Shown here one piece after another: positions 42,661-51,462 of a stretch of DNA of 64,000 nt. Position 1 is the first letter of the stretch. Every line of letters begins with the position of its first letter. Under the pieces are notes generated by a model. The model saw nothing but the letters and a program-made list of their open reading frames with translations, had not been told where the DNA came from and ran no database searches. The position numbers and the translations under genes are program-made. This DNA comes from Candidatus Zhuqueibacterota bacterium (lineage in GTDB: Bacteria; Zhuqueibacterota; Zhuqueibacteria; Thermofontimicrobiales; Thiofontviventaceae): assembly GCA_036351795.1 (NCBI GenBank), contig JAZBPW010000150.1, positions 1,842-65,841 of the forward strand. The letters are read 5' to 3'.

Positions 42661-43862
42661 GAGTCCTCTCTCCAATTCGCTTTTAATTTATTGGTTGCTA
42701 CTGCCAGGTCGACGGTATGCAAGGCGCCCTTGACAACAGGCGGATCGATCATTTTACTACCCAGTGAAACCACGCCCAATCCCTTTGCCTCCGCCTCTTC
42801 GAATGCCAGCACGATCCTTTTGGCACGCGCTATCTCGGCCTCCCCGGGTGCGAAAGCGTCGTGTATCACATCGATTTGTCGCGGATGAATACAGCCTTTT
42901 CCATCAAAACCAAGCGACCTGGCCTCGATCACACTGCGGCGCAGTCCATCCATATCCGACACATCGGAAAAGACTGTATCAATCGGCTGAATCCCCGCAG
43001 CACGCGCCGCATTCACAACCATGGAGCGCGCCCACAAACTCTCCTTCCCCTCTGTGGTCCGCTGAGTTCCGATGTCCGCCGTATAATCTTCCAAACCGAT
43101 GGTCAATGCGACAATGTTCTTCGCAGCTGTTGCGATGTCATAAGCATGCAAGATCCCTTTTGCGCTCTCCAGAATGGGCATATAGAAAACCGAGTGTGAG
43201 GAGCCACACATATCACTCACTTTGTCATCCACGGCTACAACATGATCAGCGCTTTCGCACTTTGGTATGAGGATCACGTGGGCATTATGTTGTGCTATGT
43301 AACTGATATCATCCAATCCTCGGGGCAGCTGATTGATACGAACCATCCTCTCAGCACCATAGAAATTCACCTGACAAAGCGCGTTTCTGACCAGAACTGC
43401 GGCTGCATCCTTCTCAGCATTGGCCACGCTGTCTTCAAGGTCGAGTATAACGCCATCGGGATTATGAAGTCCTGCGTTGAGCATGAATTTGGGTTCATTC
43501 CCGGGCAGATAGAGTCGCGACCTGCGAAATCGTGTGCGCGCGCTTTCATATTCAGACCAGCTCCTCATCTCAGGAAGGTACCCTTCTCCAATGTCCGCGT
43601 CAGCCCTTCTCAGCGCAGCCTCGATTCGCGCCATGAGGACAAATGGCACAGCACCATAATCTTCTATAACGAGAATGGCATGCGACACATTGCATGCTTT
43701 CATCATTTCATTCGCGAGCCGCTCAATCGACTCACCGTACATTGCCTGGACTTTACTCTTCACATTCACCTCGATGCCGCCTGAATCTCTGAGTTCAATC
43801 TGAACCCAGCAATCCGATCGGACATCAGAGCCCTTTCTGCCGGCTTGTGCAACAGCCTTCAT
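42657..43862 (-). CDS. Fused citrate lyase acyl-carrier (gamma, CitD) and citryl-CoA lyase (beta, CitE) protein
   Basis: The N-terminal ~95 aa 'MKAVAQAGRKGSDV...IEVNV.SKV...YGESIERL..EMMKACNV.HA.LVIEDYGA..FVL.ARIEAALRRA' follow the CitD layout. This is followed by CitE motifs 'RRSRLYLPGNEPKF', 'DGVILDLEDSV' and 'FDGKGCIHPRQI'. ATG at 43862 has GGAGGA 7 nt upstream. Confidence 0.75.
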   Translation of the reverse strand: MKAVAQAGRKGSDVRSDCWVQIELRDSGGIEVNVKSKVQAMYGESIERLANEMMKACNVSHAILVIEDYGAVPFVLMARIEAALRRADADIGEGYLPEMRSWSEYESARTRFRRSRLYLPGNEPKFMLNAGLHNPDGVILDLEDSVANAEKDAAAVLVRNALCQVNFYGAERMVRINQLPRGLDDISYIAQHNAHVILIPKCESADHVVAVDDKVSDMCGSSHSVFYMPILESAKGILHAYDIATAAKNIVALTIGLEDYTADIGTQRTTEGKESLWARSMVVNAARAAGIQPIDTVFSDVSDMDGLRRSVIEARSLGFDGKGCIHPRQIDVIHDAFAPGEAEIARAKRIVLAFEEAEAKGLGVVSLGSKMIDPPVVKGALHTVDLAVATNKLKANWREDS

Positions 43863-43929
43863 TACCAAATCCTCCAATTAAATATCTTTCCCAGGAAACA
43901 AAAATTACGAAATTTAAATTTGAGAATCC

Positions 43930-43959
43930 ATAAAAAAGGGCTCCATTACAGAGCCCTTT
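43930..43959 (-). terminator. Rho-independent terminator after maeB
   Basis: Minus-strand RNA: AAAGGGCUC-UGUAAUG-GAGCCCUUU followed by UUUAUGG. It lies 23 nt downstream of the maeB stop. Confidence 0.8.
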
Positions 43960-43981
43960 ATCAACAATCGTGTCTCTGATT

Positions 43982-46234
43982 TTACTTACTGTTATCCTGG
44001 GCTTCTACCACACCGATGGCCGTCATGTTCACAATGTCATTGACTTCACAACCGCGTTGTAGCACATGCACTGATTTTTGAAGCCCCATGAGAATCGGCC
44101 CAATGGCCTCGGCACCACCCAGACGCATTAGAAGCTTGTACGCGATATTCCCGGATTGAAGGTCGGGGAATATCAATACATTGGCGCTGTTTTTCAGGCT
44201 GGAGAAGGGGAAGTCCTCTTTGATGATATCATAAACGACTGCGGTATCAGCCTGCATTTCGCCATCTACCATCAGATCAGGCTTCTTCTCCTTGACGATC
44301 TCCGTTGCCCGCTTCACCTTGATTGAAAGCGGATGCTCCACACTTCCAAAATTGGAAAAGGAGAGCATCGCAATCCTGGGTTCAATGTCGAATCTTTTTA
44401 CTGTCTCCGCTGTCAATAGAGCAATATCAGCCAGATCTTCGGCGGTCGGATCTATATTGACAGTCGTATCGGCACAACATATGATCTTGTTTTTGAAAAG
44501 CAGCATGTACATACCGGCGATCTTTCGCACCTCCGGCCGCGCCTTGATCACACGCAGCGCCGGACGGATCGTATCCGGATAATGCATGGTCACTCCGGCG
44601 ATCACGCAATCGGCATCGTCCAGATTCACCATCATCGGTGCAAAGAAGCGCCTCTGTTCCATGATCTTGCGAACGTCGGTCAGAGTCTCACCCCGCCTCT
44701 GTCGCATTTTATAGTACTCCTGGCAATATTTATCAAACATGGGAGCGTTTTCCGGATCGATGACAGGGACATCTTTCAGATCCAGCATGAGCTCTTTCGC
44801 GCGTTTCTTGATATACTCGGCACGCCCCAGCAAGATCGGTTTTCCGATCGACTCCTGTTTTACGATGGCAGCGGCGCGCAGGATCTTGTCGTGTTCACCT
44901 TCAGGATAGACGACGCGTTTCGGCTCACGGATAGCTTTGTTGATGATGAAACGCATCATTTCTCTCGATTTTCCAAGCCGCGCTTCCAGTTCTTCCTGGT
45001 ACTTCTCCAGATCGATCTCATGCCTGGCCACACCGGTATCCATAGCCGCCCTGGCAACGGCAGGCGCTTCCCAAAGAAGCACGCGGGGATCGAAAGGTTT
45101 GGGTATGATGTATTCGGGACCGAATGCCAGGCGCTCGACACCATAAGCCTTGCACACCGAATCCGGCACGTCCTCTTTAGTGAGGTCTGCAAGCGCCTTG
45201 GAGGCGGCAATCTTCATTTCATCATTGATGGCGCTGGCTCTCACATCGAGCGCGCCACGAAATATGAACGGAAAACCGAGAACATTGTTAACCTGATTCG
45301 GATAGTCCGAGCGGCCTGTTGCCATGATCACATCCGGACGCGCATCCTTTGCAGCATCATACGTGATTTCCGGATCCGGGTTCGCCATTGCGAAAATAAT
45401 CGGATTATCCGCCATCGACCGAACCATCTCCTTGGTGACGCAGTCCTTAATCGAAACACCACAAAAAACATCGGCACCCTTCATCGCCTCCTCGAGCGTC
45501 CGTGCTTTCGTATCACTCGCATATTTTTCTTTGTAAGGATTCATACCTTGTGCGCGCCCCTTGTAAATGACTCCCTTGCTGTCGCACATGATGATATTAC
45601 CTGGTGTCACTCCGAGCAGTACGTAGAGGTCGGCACATGCAATCCCGGCTGCTCCTGCGCCATTGATAACGACAATGACATCGCTCACCTTTTTATTTAC
45701 GATTTCACAGGCATTAATCAGCGCCGCACCGGAAATGATCGCTGTGCCATGTTGATCATCGTGAAAAATCGGGATATTGCTCGTCTTCTTGAGTGTCTCT
45801 TCGATGTAAAAACACTCCGGCGCCTTGATATCTTCGAGGTTTACACCGCCGAAAGTGGGTTCCATCAACTGAACCGCCCTGATCACTTCATCGGGATCTT
45901 CTGTGTTCAGTTCGATATCGAACACATCGATATCGGCAAATCTTTTGAAAAGCACACCTTTTCCTTCCATGACAGGCTTGCCTGCCAGTGGGCCGATATT
46001 GCCAAGCCCCAGTACTGCCGTTCCATTCGAAACGACAGCCACAAGATTGCCTTTTGCTGTATATGTAAAGGCGTCTTCTGGATTTTTATGAATATAGCGG
46101 CACGGCTCAGCCACACCAGGTGTATAAGCCATGGATAAATCACGCTGTGTCGCGCAGGGTTTTGTCGGTGTAACCTCGACCTTTCCCTTCCTGTCTCTGC
46201 TGTGATATTCGAGAGCTTCTTTTTTAAAGTCCAT
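43982..46234 (-). CDS. maeB: NADP-dependent malic enzyme with a C-terminal phosphotransacetylase-like domain (MaeB type)
   Basis: 750 aa. N-terminus '[36 protein letters not shown]', 'NGAGAAGIA' Rossmann motif and a PTA-like C-terminal half. Confidence 0.9.
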   Translation of the reverse strand: MDFKKEALEYHSRDRKGKVEVTPTKPCATQRDLSMAYTPGVAEPCRYIHKNPEDAFTYTAKGNLVAVVSNGTAVLGLGNIGPLAGKPVMEGKGVLFKRFADIDVFDIELNTEDPDEVIRAVQLMEPTFGGVNLEDIKAPECFYIEETLKKTSNIPIFHDDQHGTAIISGAALINACEIVNKKVSDVIVVINGAGAAGIACADLYVLLGVTPGNIIMCDSKGVIYKGRAQGMNPYKEKYASDTKARTLEEAMKGADVFCGVSIKDCVTKEMVRSMADNPIIFAMANPDPEITYDAAKDARPDVIMATGRSDYPNQVNNVLGFPFIFRGALDVRASAINDEMKIAASKALADLTKEDVPDSVCKAYGVERLAFGPEYIIPKPFDPRVLLWEAPAVARAAMDTGVARHEIDLEKYQEELEARLGKSREMMRFIINKAIREPKRVVYPEGEHDKILRAAAIVKQESIGKPILLGRAEYIKKRAKELMLDLKDVPVIDPENAPMFDKYCQEYYKMRQRRGETLTDVRKIMEQRRFFAPMMVNLDDADCVIAGVTMHYPDTIRPALRVIKARPEVRKIAGMYMLLFKNKIICCADTTVNIDPTAEDLADIALLTAETVKRFDIEPRIAMLSFSNFGSVEHPLSIKVKRATEIVKEKKPDLMVDGEMQADTAVVYDIIKEDFPFSSLKNSANVLIFPDLQSGNIAYKLLMRLGGAEAIGPILMGLQKSVHVLQRGCEVNDIVNMTAIGVVEAQDNSK

Positions 46235-46241
46235 AATGATG

Positions 46242-46261
46242 GTGAAACCGGAGTTTCACCT
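46242..46261 (-). promoter_or_regulatory. Perfect 8-bp stem / 4-nt loop hairpin in the maeB leader, between the SD and the AUG
   Basis: The mRNA reads AGGAGGUGAGGUCA-GGUGAAAC-UCCG-GUUUCACC-AUCAUU-AUG. Confidence 0.5.
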
Positions 46262-46358
46262 GACCTCACCTCCTAAGCGAATTGAGTCAATAAATAAAAT
46301 TAGATGATATTAGATTCAGTAAATTAATTCAAAAATATAACCAATACGGTTTTCAAAT

Positions 46359-46862
46359 TCAAGAGTTATTTTTCTGATTTGCTTCAGCAAGTTTAATTCT
46401 CGTATACGGCAGCAGGCCTCCGGCATCCCTGATTGCGATAATTGCCTCTGGCAGTACTGGAAAAGTGAAGCGCTGCCGGCCAATCTCTATCCATCCTTTC
46501 TTGATATCCAGCGTAACATCATCGCCGTCCCGGTACGCATCAATTGCTTCCGGACATTCAATGAGCGTAAGCCCTTGATTGATGGCCGCGCGATAGAAGA
46601 TCCTCGCGTAGCTTTTTGCCACAACGGCCTGAATATTCACAGCCCGCAATCCCAGAGCGGGTTGTTCCCGGGAACTACCACACCCGAAATTCTTGCCAGC
46701 CATGATAATATCGCCCGCCTTTACCTGACCGGCGAAATCGGGATCAAGATCTTCCAGCAAATGTGGAATGATCTCTTCAGCTGTGCTGCATGTGTATGTA
46801 TATTTACCCGGGAATAGCATGTCGGTGTTGATATCATCCCCATAGTGCCAGACTTTAGACAT
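46359..46862 (-). CDS. leuD: Aconitase-superfamily dehydratase small subunit (LeuD/HacB type)
   Basis: 'GDDINTDMLFPGKY' and 'NFGCGSSREQP'. ATG at 46862 has GGGAG 7 nt upstream. It lies directly downstream of the large subunit. Confidence 0.8.
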   Translation of the reverse strand: MSKVWHYGDDINTDMLFPGKYTYTCSTAEEIIPHLLEDLDPDFAGQVKAGDIIMAGKNFGCGSSREQPALGLRAVNIQAVVAKSYARIFYRAAINQGLTLIECPEAIDAYRDGDDVTLDIKKGWIEIGRQRFTFPVLPEAIIAIRDAGGLLPYTRIKLAEANQKNNS

Positions 46863-46888
46863 TTTTCGCTCCCATGACATTTATAAAA

Positions 46889-48154
46889 TCATCCAAGAAA
46901 TTGTTTTGGATCTGTGATCTTTCCGGTTATCGCGGAAACCGCAACCGTTGCCGGACTGGCAAGATAGATATCGGCCTCCTTACACCCCATTCTCCCCTTG
47001 AAATTTCTGTTCGCAGTACTGAGGCACCTTTCTCCTGGTGCCAATACCCCCATATGAGCGCCGAGACAGGGACCACATCCCGGCGGAAGTAAAATGGCGC
47101 CGGCATCGGTCAGTGTCTCGATATATCCCGCCTTCAGCGCCTCGTGCATCACGGTGCGGGATGCAGGAAGTATCAGCAGGCGAACACGCGGTGACACCTG
47201 CTTCTCCCTGAGAATATCCGCAGCGATCCTGAAATCACTCAAGCGACCATTGGTGCACGTCCCTAACAGGCACTGATCGATCTCAATCCCGGCTACATCA
47301 GAAACCGGTACAACATTGTCCACCGTATGCGGCTTGGCGACCATGCTCCTGACGTCACCGAGATCATAATTCAATTCACATAGATAATCAGCATCCGGAT
47401 CTGACCATAAGCCAGCGTAAGATGCTTTGGAGATGCCGAGGCTCTCCAAATATTTTTCTGCGACGGAGTCAACCGGGAAGACAGCAATCTTCGCTCCCAT
47501 TTCAACCCCCATGTTGGAAATCGTAATTCTCTCTTCCATGGAAAGCCCTGAGATATCGCCATGAAATTCGACAGCACAATAGTTCGCGCCATCAGCACGT
47601 AAATCGCCGATTATCTGAAGTACGAGATCTTTCGCACTCACATGCCCGGGCAATGCCCCGTTCAGCATAATCTTGATGCTCCCGGGTACCTTGAACCATG
47701 TCTCCCCGGTCAACATCAGAGCCGCCGCCTCTGTCCTGTCGATACCCGTTGAGAATACATTCAGGGCGCCATACGTACAGGTATGTGAATCACTGCCAAC
47801 GATAATACTTCCGGGAAGAGCAAGCCCCTTTTCAATGACAACCTGGTGACAAATGCCCGCACCTGCATCGTAGAAATTTGTGACATTGAATCTTTTGACA
47901 AATTCCCTGATTCGCTTATGATTCAGCGCTGTTTTTTCGTTTGCCGCAGGGACAACATGGTCAAGGACGATGACGGGCAGGTCCGGATGTACGATCCCGT
48001 AGGCGTCCAACTCATCGGCAATTTTACCGATGATGGCTGCGGTGTTATCATGGGTCAACAAATGATCCGGCCGTACAGTGACAATCTGACCCGAAACAAC
48101 ATCATCAAGCCCTGCTTTTAAAGCGAGAATTTTTTCTGCGTACGTTTTTCCCAT
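46889..48154 (-). CDS. leuC: Aconitase-superfamily dehydratase large subunit (short LeuC/HacA type)
   Basis: 421 aa. N-terminus 'MGKTYAEKIL', 'GSDSHTCTYGA', and the Fe-S Cys motifs 'GTCTNGR' and 'GCGPCLG'. Confidence 0.85.
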   Translation of the reverse strand: MGKTYAEKILALKAGLDDVVSGQIVTVRPDHLLTHDNTAAIIGKIADELDAYGIVHPDLPVIVLDHVVPAANEKTALNHKRIREFVKRFNVTNFYDAGAGICHQVVIEKGLALPGSIIVGSDSHTCTYGALNVFSTGIDRTEAAALMLTGETWFKVPGSIKIMLNGALPGHVSAKDLVLQIIGDLRADGANYCAVEFHGDISGLSMEERITISNMGVEMGAKIAVFPVDSVAEKYLESLGISKASYAGLWSDPDADYLCELNYDLGDVRSMVAKPHTVDNVVPVSDVAGIEIDQCLLGTCTNGRLSDFRIAADILREKQVSPRVRLLILPASRTVMHEALKAGYIETLTDAGAILLPPGCGPCLGAHMGVLAPGERCLSTANRNFKGRMGCKEADIYLASPATVAVSAITGKITDPKQFLG

Positions 48155-48183
48155 GGACTCCTCTCATGCGTTCATCGTTTTAT

Positions 48184-49197
48184 TCATTTCTCCGGGATGC
48201 GTTTTTTCAGCGCATCGACCCGCTCAAATATGTTATCCAATCGTTTCTCGATTTCCGGGGAGATCTCCAGCGAATCGATATGATCACAATAAGCAATTGC
48301 GGAATCGATATCGTCGAGCCGGAAGTAACATTCCGCTATTTTGTAACAGCAGATGATCTCATTGTAATGATTGTTCATCTGTTCGCTCTGAACAGATATA
48401 AGCAGTTTTCGGTATATATCGAGGGCATTTTCGTACTGATTAAGGCTGTAATAACTCTTTGCGGCTCCCCACAAGAAAAAGCGGCTGTCCGGATATTTCT
48501 GCAATCCCTTCCTGGCCCACTCCAGCGCGGCACTGGTCTCGCCGGCATCAATCAAAATCCAGGTCAATTCATTGATGGCCGCGAATCTTGTGTATTTGCC
48601 TTTTTCGGCCGACAGCCTCACCATTTCGATACCGGCGTCGCGTTCATCATCGATCAACGGCAGCCAGTTGAGAAATTTCGTCAAACGGCTGCGCCAGTAT
48701 TTATAGGATCCCAGGCCGAAATAGGTGTCGTAATTTGTCGAATCCAGCTCAATCACTTTATGCAGTGAGGACATCCCTTCCAGTGCATATCGAATAGCCG
48801 GCATGTATTTTTTCTTTTTACCATAATAAAACGCTCGATAGCTTTTTGAGCTGCCAAGGTAGAAATACGCCCAGGCATCGGTCGCATCTTTCTCGATCGA
48901 CCGCCTGGCGAGTGATTCACTTTTGCTGATCAATGAAAGAAACCTGTCCGCCCATCTGTCCGTCTCAAAATCCATCATTTTGGATTGCAGGGTAGCGGCG
49001 AGGAAAAAATAGCCCTGTGGCTCTTCAGGATAATGATCGATGACTTGCTGAAAAAGCCTTTCCGCCTCCTGATAATCCTGCCGGATGGAGTGATCGATAC
49101 CGGCAAAAATCAGGCTATCGACCTGCGCGCATGCCCCGCCGATATCCAGGAAGAAGAAAAGCATCGAAATGAATATAAAATACTTGATAAATCTCAA
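48184..49197 (-). CDS. Exported TPR-repeat protein
   Basis: TTG start with GAGGAG 6 nt upstream yields signal peptide MRFIKYFIFISMLFFFLDIGGACA. It has multiple TPR-like helices (..YFYLG.., ..AALEWARKGLQKYP.., ..ALDIYRKLL..). Confidence 0.65.
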   Translation of the reverse strand: MRFIKYFIFISMLFFFLDIGGACAQVDSLIFAGIDHSIRQDYQEAERLFQQVIDHYPEEPQGYFFLAATLQSKMMDFETDRWADRFLSLISKSESLARRSIEKDATDAWAYFYLGSSKSYRAFYYGKKKKYMPAIRYALEGMSSLHKVIELDSTNYDTYFGLGSYKYWRSRLTKFLNWLPLIDDERDAGIEMVRLSAEKGKYTRFAAINELTWILIDAGETSAALEWARKGLQKYPDSRFFLWGAAKSYYSLNQYENALDIYRKLLISVQSEQMNNHYNEIICCYKIAECYFRLDDIDSAIAYCDHIDSLEISPEIEKRLDNIFERVDALKKRIPEK

Positions 49198-49361
49198 TCA
49201 GCATACTCCTCACCCCCCTCACAGGCCATTTCTGAAAGAACAAATATATAAAATTTAAAATCGATAGTCAATTAAATTAAATTGTTTTGTAACCAAATAA
49301 CAGTTTTAAATTATTTTTGAATGGCCTCAACACAGGAAAGGACAACATACATAAATATGCA

Positions 49362-49661
49362 TTACCCAACCTTAAGTTCGACAATCGTCGCACCCCATCC
49401 TCCTGTGTCAGGTGCGGCATCATAATATTTCATCACATGTTCGTTGTCCTGAAGTATTCTCTGAACTTCCCATTTCAGCCTGCTTTTACCCTTTCCATGA
49501 ATGATGCGCACTCTATCGAGTTTCAAATTCAGTGCATTGATAATGAACTCTTCGATCATTTCCGGGACCTGTTCAGGAAAAAATCCATGTAAATCCAGGA
49601 CATCGGTGACAATGAAATATCCATTTCCATTTTCCTGCAAATGCTGGTCATCATCATTCAT
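49362..49661 (-). CDS. Smr (small MutS-related) domain protein
   Basis: 'LDLHGFFPEQVPEMIEEFI......RVRIIHGKGKSRLK..V..IL' is the Smr LDLHG plus HGKG pattern. GGAGGA SD upstream. Confidence 0.8.
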   Translation of the reverse strand: MNDDDQHLQENGNGYFIVTDVLDLHGFFPEQVPEMIEEFIINALNLKLDRVRIIHGKGKSRLKWEVQRILQDNEHVMKYYDAAPDTGGWGATIVELKVG

Positions 49662-49759
49662 CCTGTTTCCTCCATGACTTCACTGTCACAAAATATTTGT
49701 TTGATTATTTCATTAGAAAGTGTATATTTATAACTTGTTTAACTTTTGGAGAAACAATT

Positions 49760-50590
49760 TTGTTAGTTGGTATTACCATTGATGAATTCAAAAAATTCAA
49801 ACCCTCATTTCTTTTGAATATTGTCAACAAGCTTGGTCTTGACTTCGTCGAGATCACCGAAACAGTCTTTGAAGATTTACCTGATGTTATTAATACATTG
49901 GGAAAGATCAAAACCGGATTTCATCTCCCAAACGCCGGAGACAGCGGCTATGATTTTTCATCCGCCGCTCATCAGGATAACATTGAAGCACTGATAGAGT
50001 CCATCAATCAAAATCATAAAGCGCTGAATATTCAGTATTGTCTCACACATCCTCCCCAATGTAACATTGCGAATCAATCAAAAAGTGCAATATACGGAAC
50101 ACTATTCACAAATCTCGAGCGACTGGAACCGCCGATCATCATAGAAAACATTCAGAGCATGAGCCAGGAGGAGTTCACAGCATTCTACAATGAAGCGAAA
50201 GAAGCGCTGGGAGACAAAGTCATCGGCCAATGCTTTGATGCTGCCCATTGTTACCTGAGGGGTGACGATCCCATCGAGATCCTGAATCAGCTGGATGGCG
50301 AAATCAGATCCATTCATCTGTCAGATTGTGAAGCTCACAAAGACAGCCATTTGCCCTTTGGTCTGCACGGTGTACTCCCGATTGATGACATCCTGGATGC
50401 AATCAAGGAAAATCAATACGACGGCATCATTAACCTGGAGCTCCTCCCCCGCCAGTCATCTCACGTGAAGGCGGTGATTAACAGCTATCTGACTGTGGTA
50501 TCCAAATTTGATAAGCGGAAGTATATGATGACAAGACTCAGGCTATTCTATCACCTGCCGTCATTGATGAAACAATTTTCTAAAATATGA
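49760..50590 (+). CDS. Xylose-isomerase-like TIM-barrel (sugar phosphate isomerase/epimerase family) protein
   Basis: 'CLTHPP', 'IIIENI' and 'FDAAHCYL..D' followed by 'HLSDC......H.P.G.G..P' fit the AP-endonuclease-2/XylA-like TIM barrel. The start is uncertain: TTG at 49760 has GGAG 9 nt upstream, and the ORF-track TTG at 49697 adds an implausible leader. Confidence 0.6.
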   Translation: MLVGITIDEFKKFKPSFLLNIVNKLGLDFVEITETVFEDLPDVINTLGKIKTGFHLPNAGDSGYDFSSAAHQDNIEALIESINQNHKALNIQYCLTHPPQCNIANQSKSAIYGTLFTNLERLEPPIIIENIQSMSQEEFTAFYNEAKEALGDKVIGQCFDAAHCYLRGDDPIEILNQLDGEIRSIHLSDCEAHKDSHLPFGLHGVLPIDDILDAIKENQYDGIINLELLPRQSSHVKAVINSYLTVVSKFDKRKYMMTRLRLFYHLPSLMKQFSKI

Positions 50591-50662
50591 TACAATCCTG
50601 ACGGGCTGAGGAAAATCTCCTGCGACCACTTGTAATCCATAATCGAGATACAGTTTAAATTC

Positions 50663-51454
50663 TCAGGTCTTCCTCACACCCTCGATCTTCTCCTCCATAT
50701 TTTTTTCGTAGATCTGATACTTCCGTAGCACCTTTTTTCTCAGTGACAGAATATCCTGCTTATCATCTCCAATGATGAAGAAGATATATGCATTTCCATC
50801 AAGGAAAAAATTCAGTTTGCCGGGCAGGAAACCCTCCTTTTCTCTGTAACTGACGTAATGCCTTCTCAAGTCCGGATCAGAGCTCAGAAACTCCGATTCG
50901 GGATACGTGTAAACACCGGTCCATACAGGATAATCATTATTGCCTGTACGCGACAAGTGGTTCTTTTGCGCGATGTAGAGGATCTCATCATCCTGCGTCC
51001 AATATGTGATATAATTTCTGGATACATTCTCCCCCGAGATCAGCGGTATCAGAGTAAGGGGGAGTTTTCTTGCAGAGGTCAGTTTTACGCATAGTACGGG
51101 AAGCGAATCCAGCAGGGAAACATGTTCTTCCAGCTCGAATTCAGCGTATCTGCGTATCAACTTGTCATGATGAATATAGGCTTCAGCCTGACTGCGCTGC
51201 AGGAGCCTTCCATTGACTTCCAGAATGAAATCTTCGAGAAATTCATGCGTCTGCACATTGAAGCCTTGAAAATGCGACGAATTCGGCCCGCCGCTTTCGG
51301 CGTAAAAGTATGAAGCACAGTCATTGGTCAGCATATAGCTCTGACTGCGACCTTTGCTTACCTGAACAACATCATCAATGCCTTGTGAATGCAGCACTGT
51401 ATTACCGGTCAAAATGTATAAAAGGAAAAGGCTGCAGAAAATTTTCCGTGACAA
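50663..51454 (-). CDS. Exported hypothetical protein
   Basis: TTG start 8 nt after the GH13 stop. Signal peptide. I recognise no motif. Confidence 0.45.
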   Translation of the reverse strand: MSRKIFCSLFLLYILTGNTVLHSQGIDDVVQVSKGRSQSYMLTNDCASYFYAESGGPNSSHFQGFNVQTHEFLEDFILEVNGRLLQRSQAEAYIHHDKLIRRYAEFELEEHVSLLDSLPVLCVKLTSARKLPLTLIPLISGENVSRNYITYWTQDDEILYIAQKNHLSRTGNNDYPVWTGVYTYPESEFLSSDPDLRRHYVSYREKEGFLPGKLNFFLDGNAYIFFIIGDDKQDILSLRKKVLRKYQIYEKNMEEKIEGVRKT

Positions 51455-51462
51455 GAATCCCC

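Noticed and set aside
44582-46138. 518-aa ORF on the plus strand
   Set aside because: It lies entirely antisense to the full-length, strongly conserved malic enzyme gene. Its sequence is low-complexity and R/H/I-rich with no recognisable motif. It looks like a shadow ORF.
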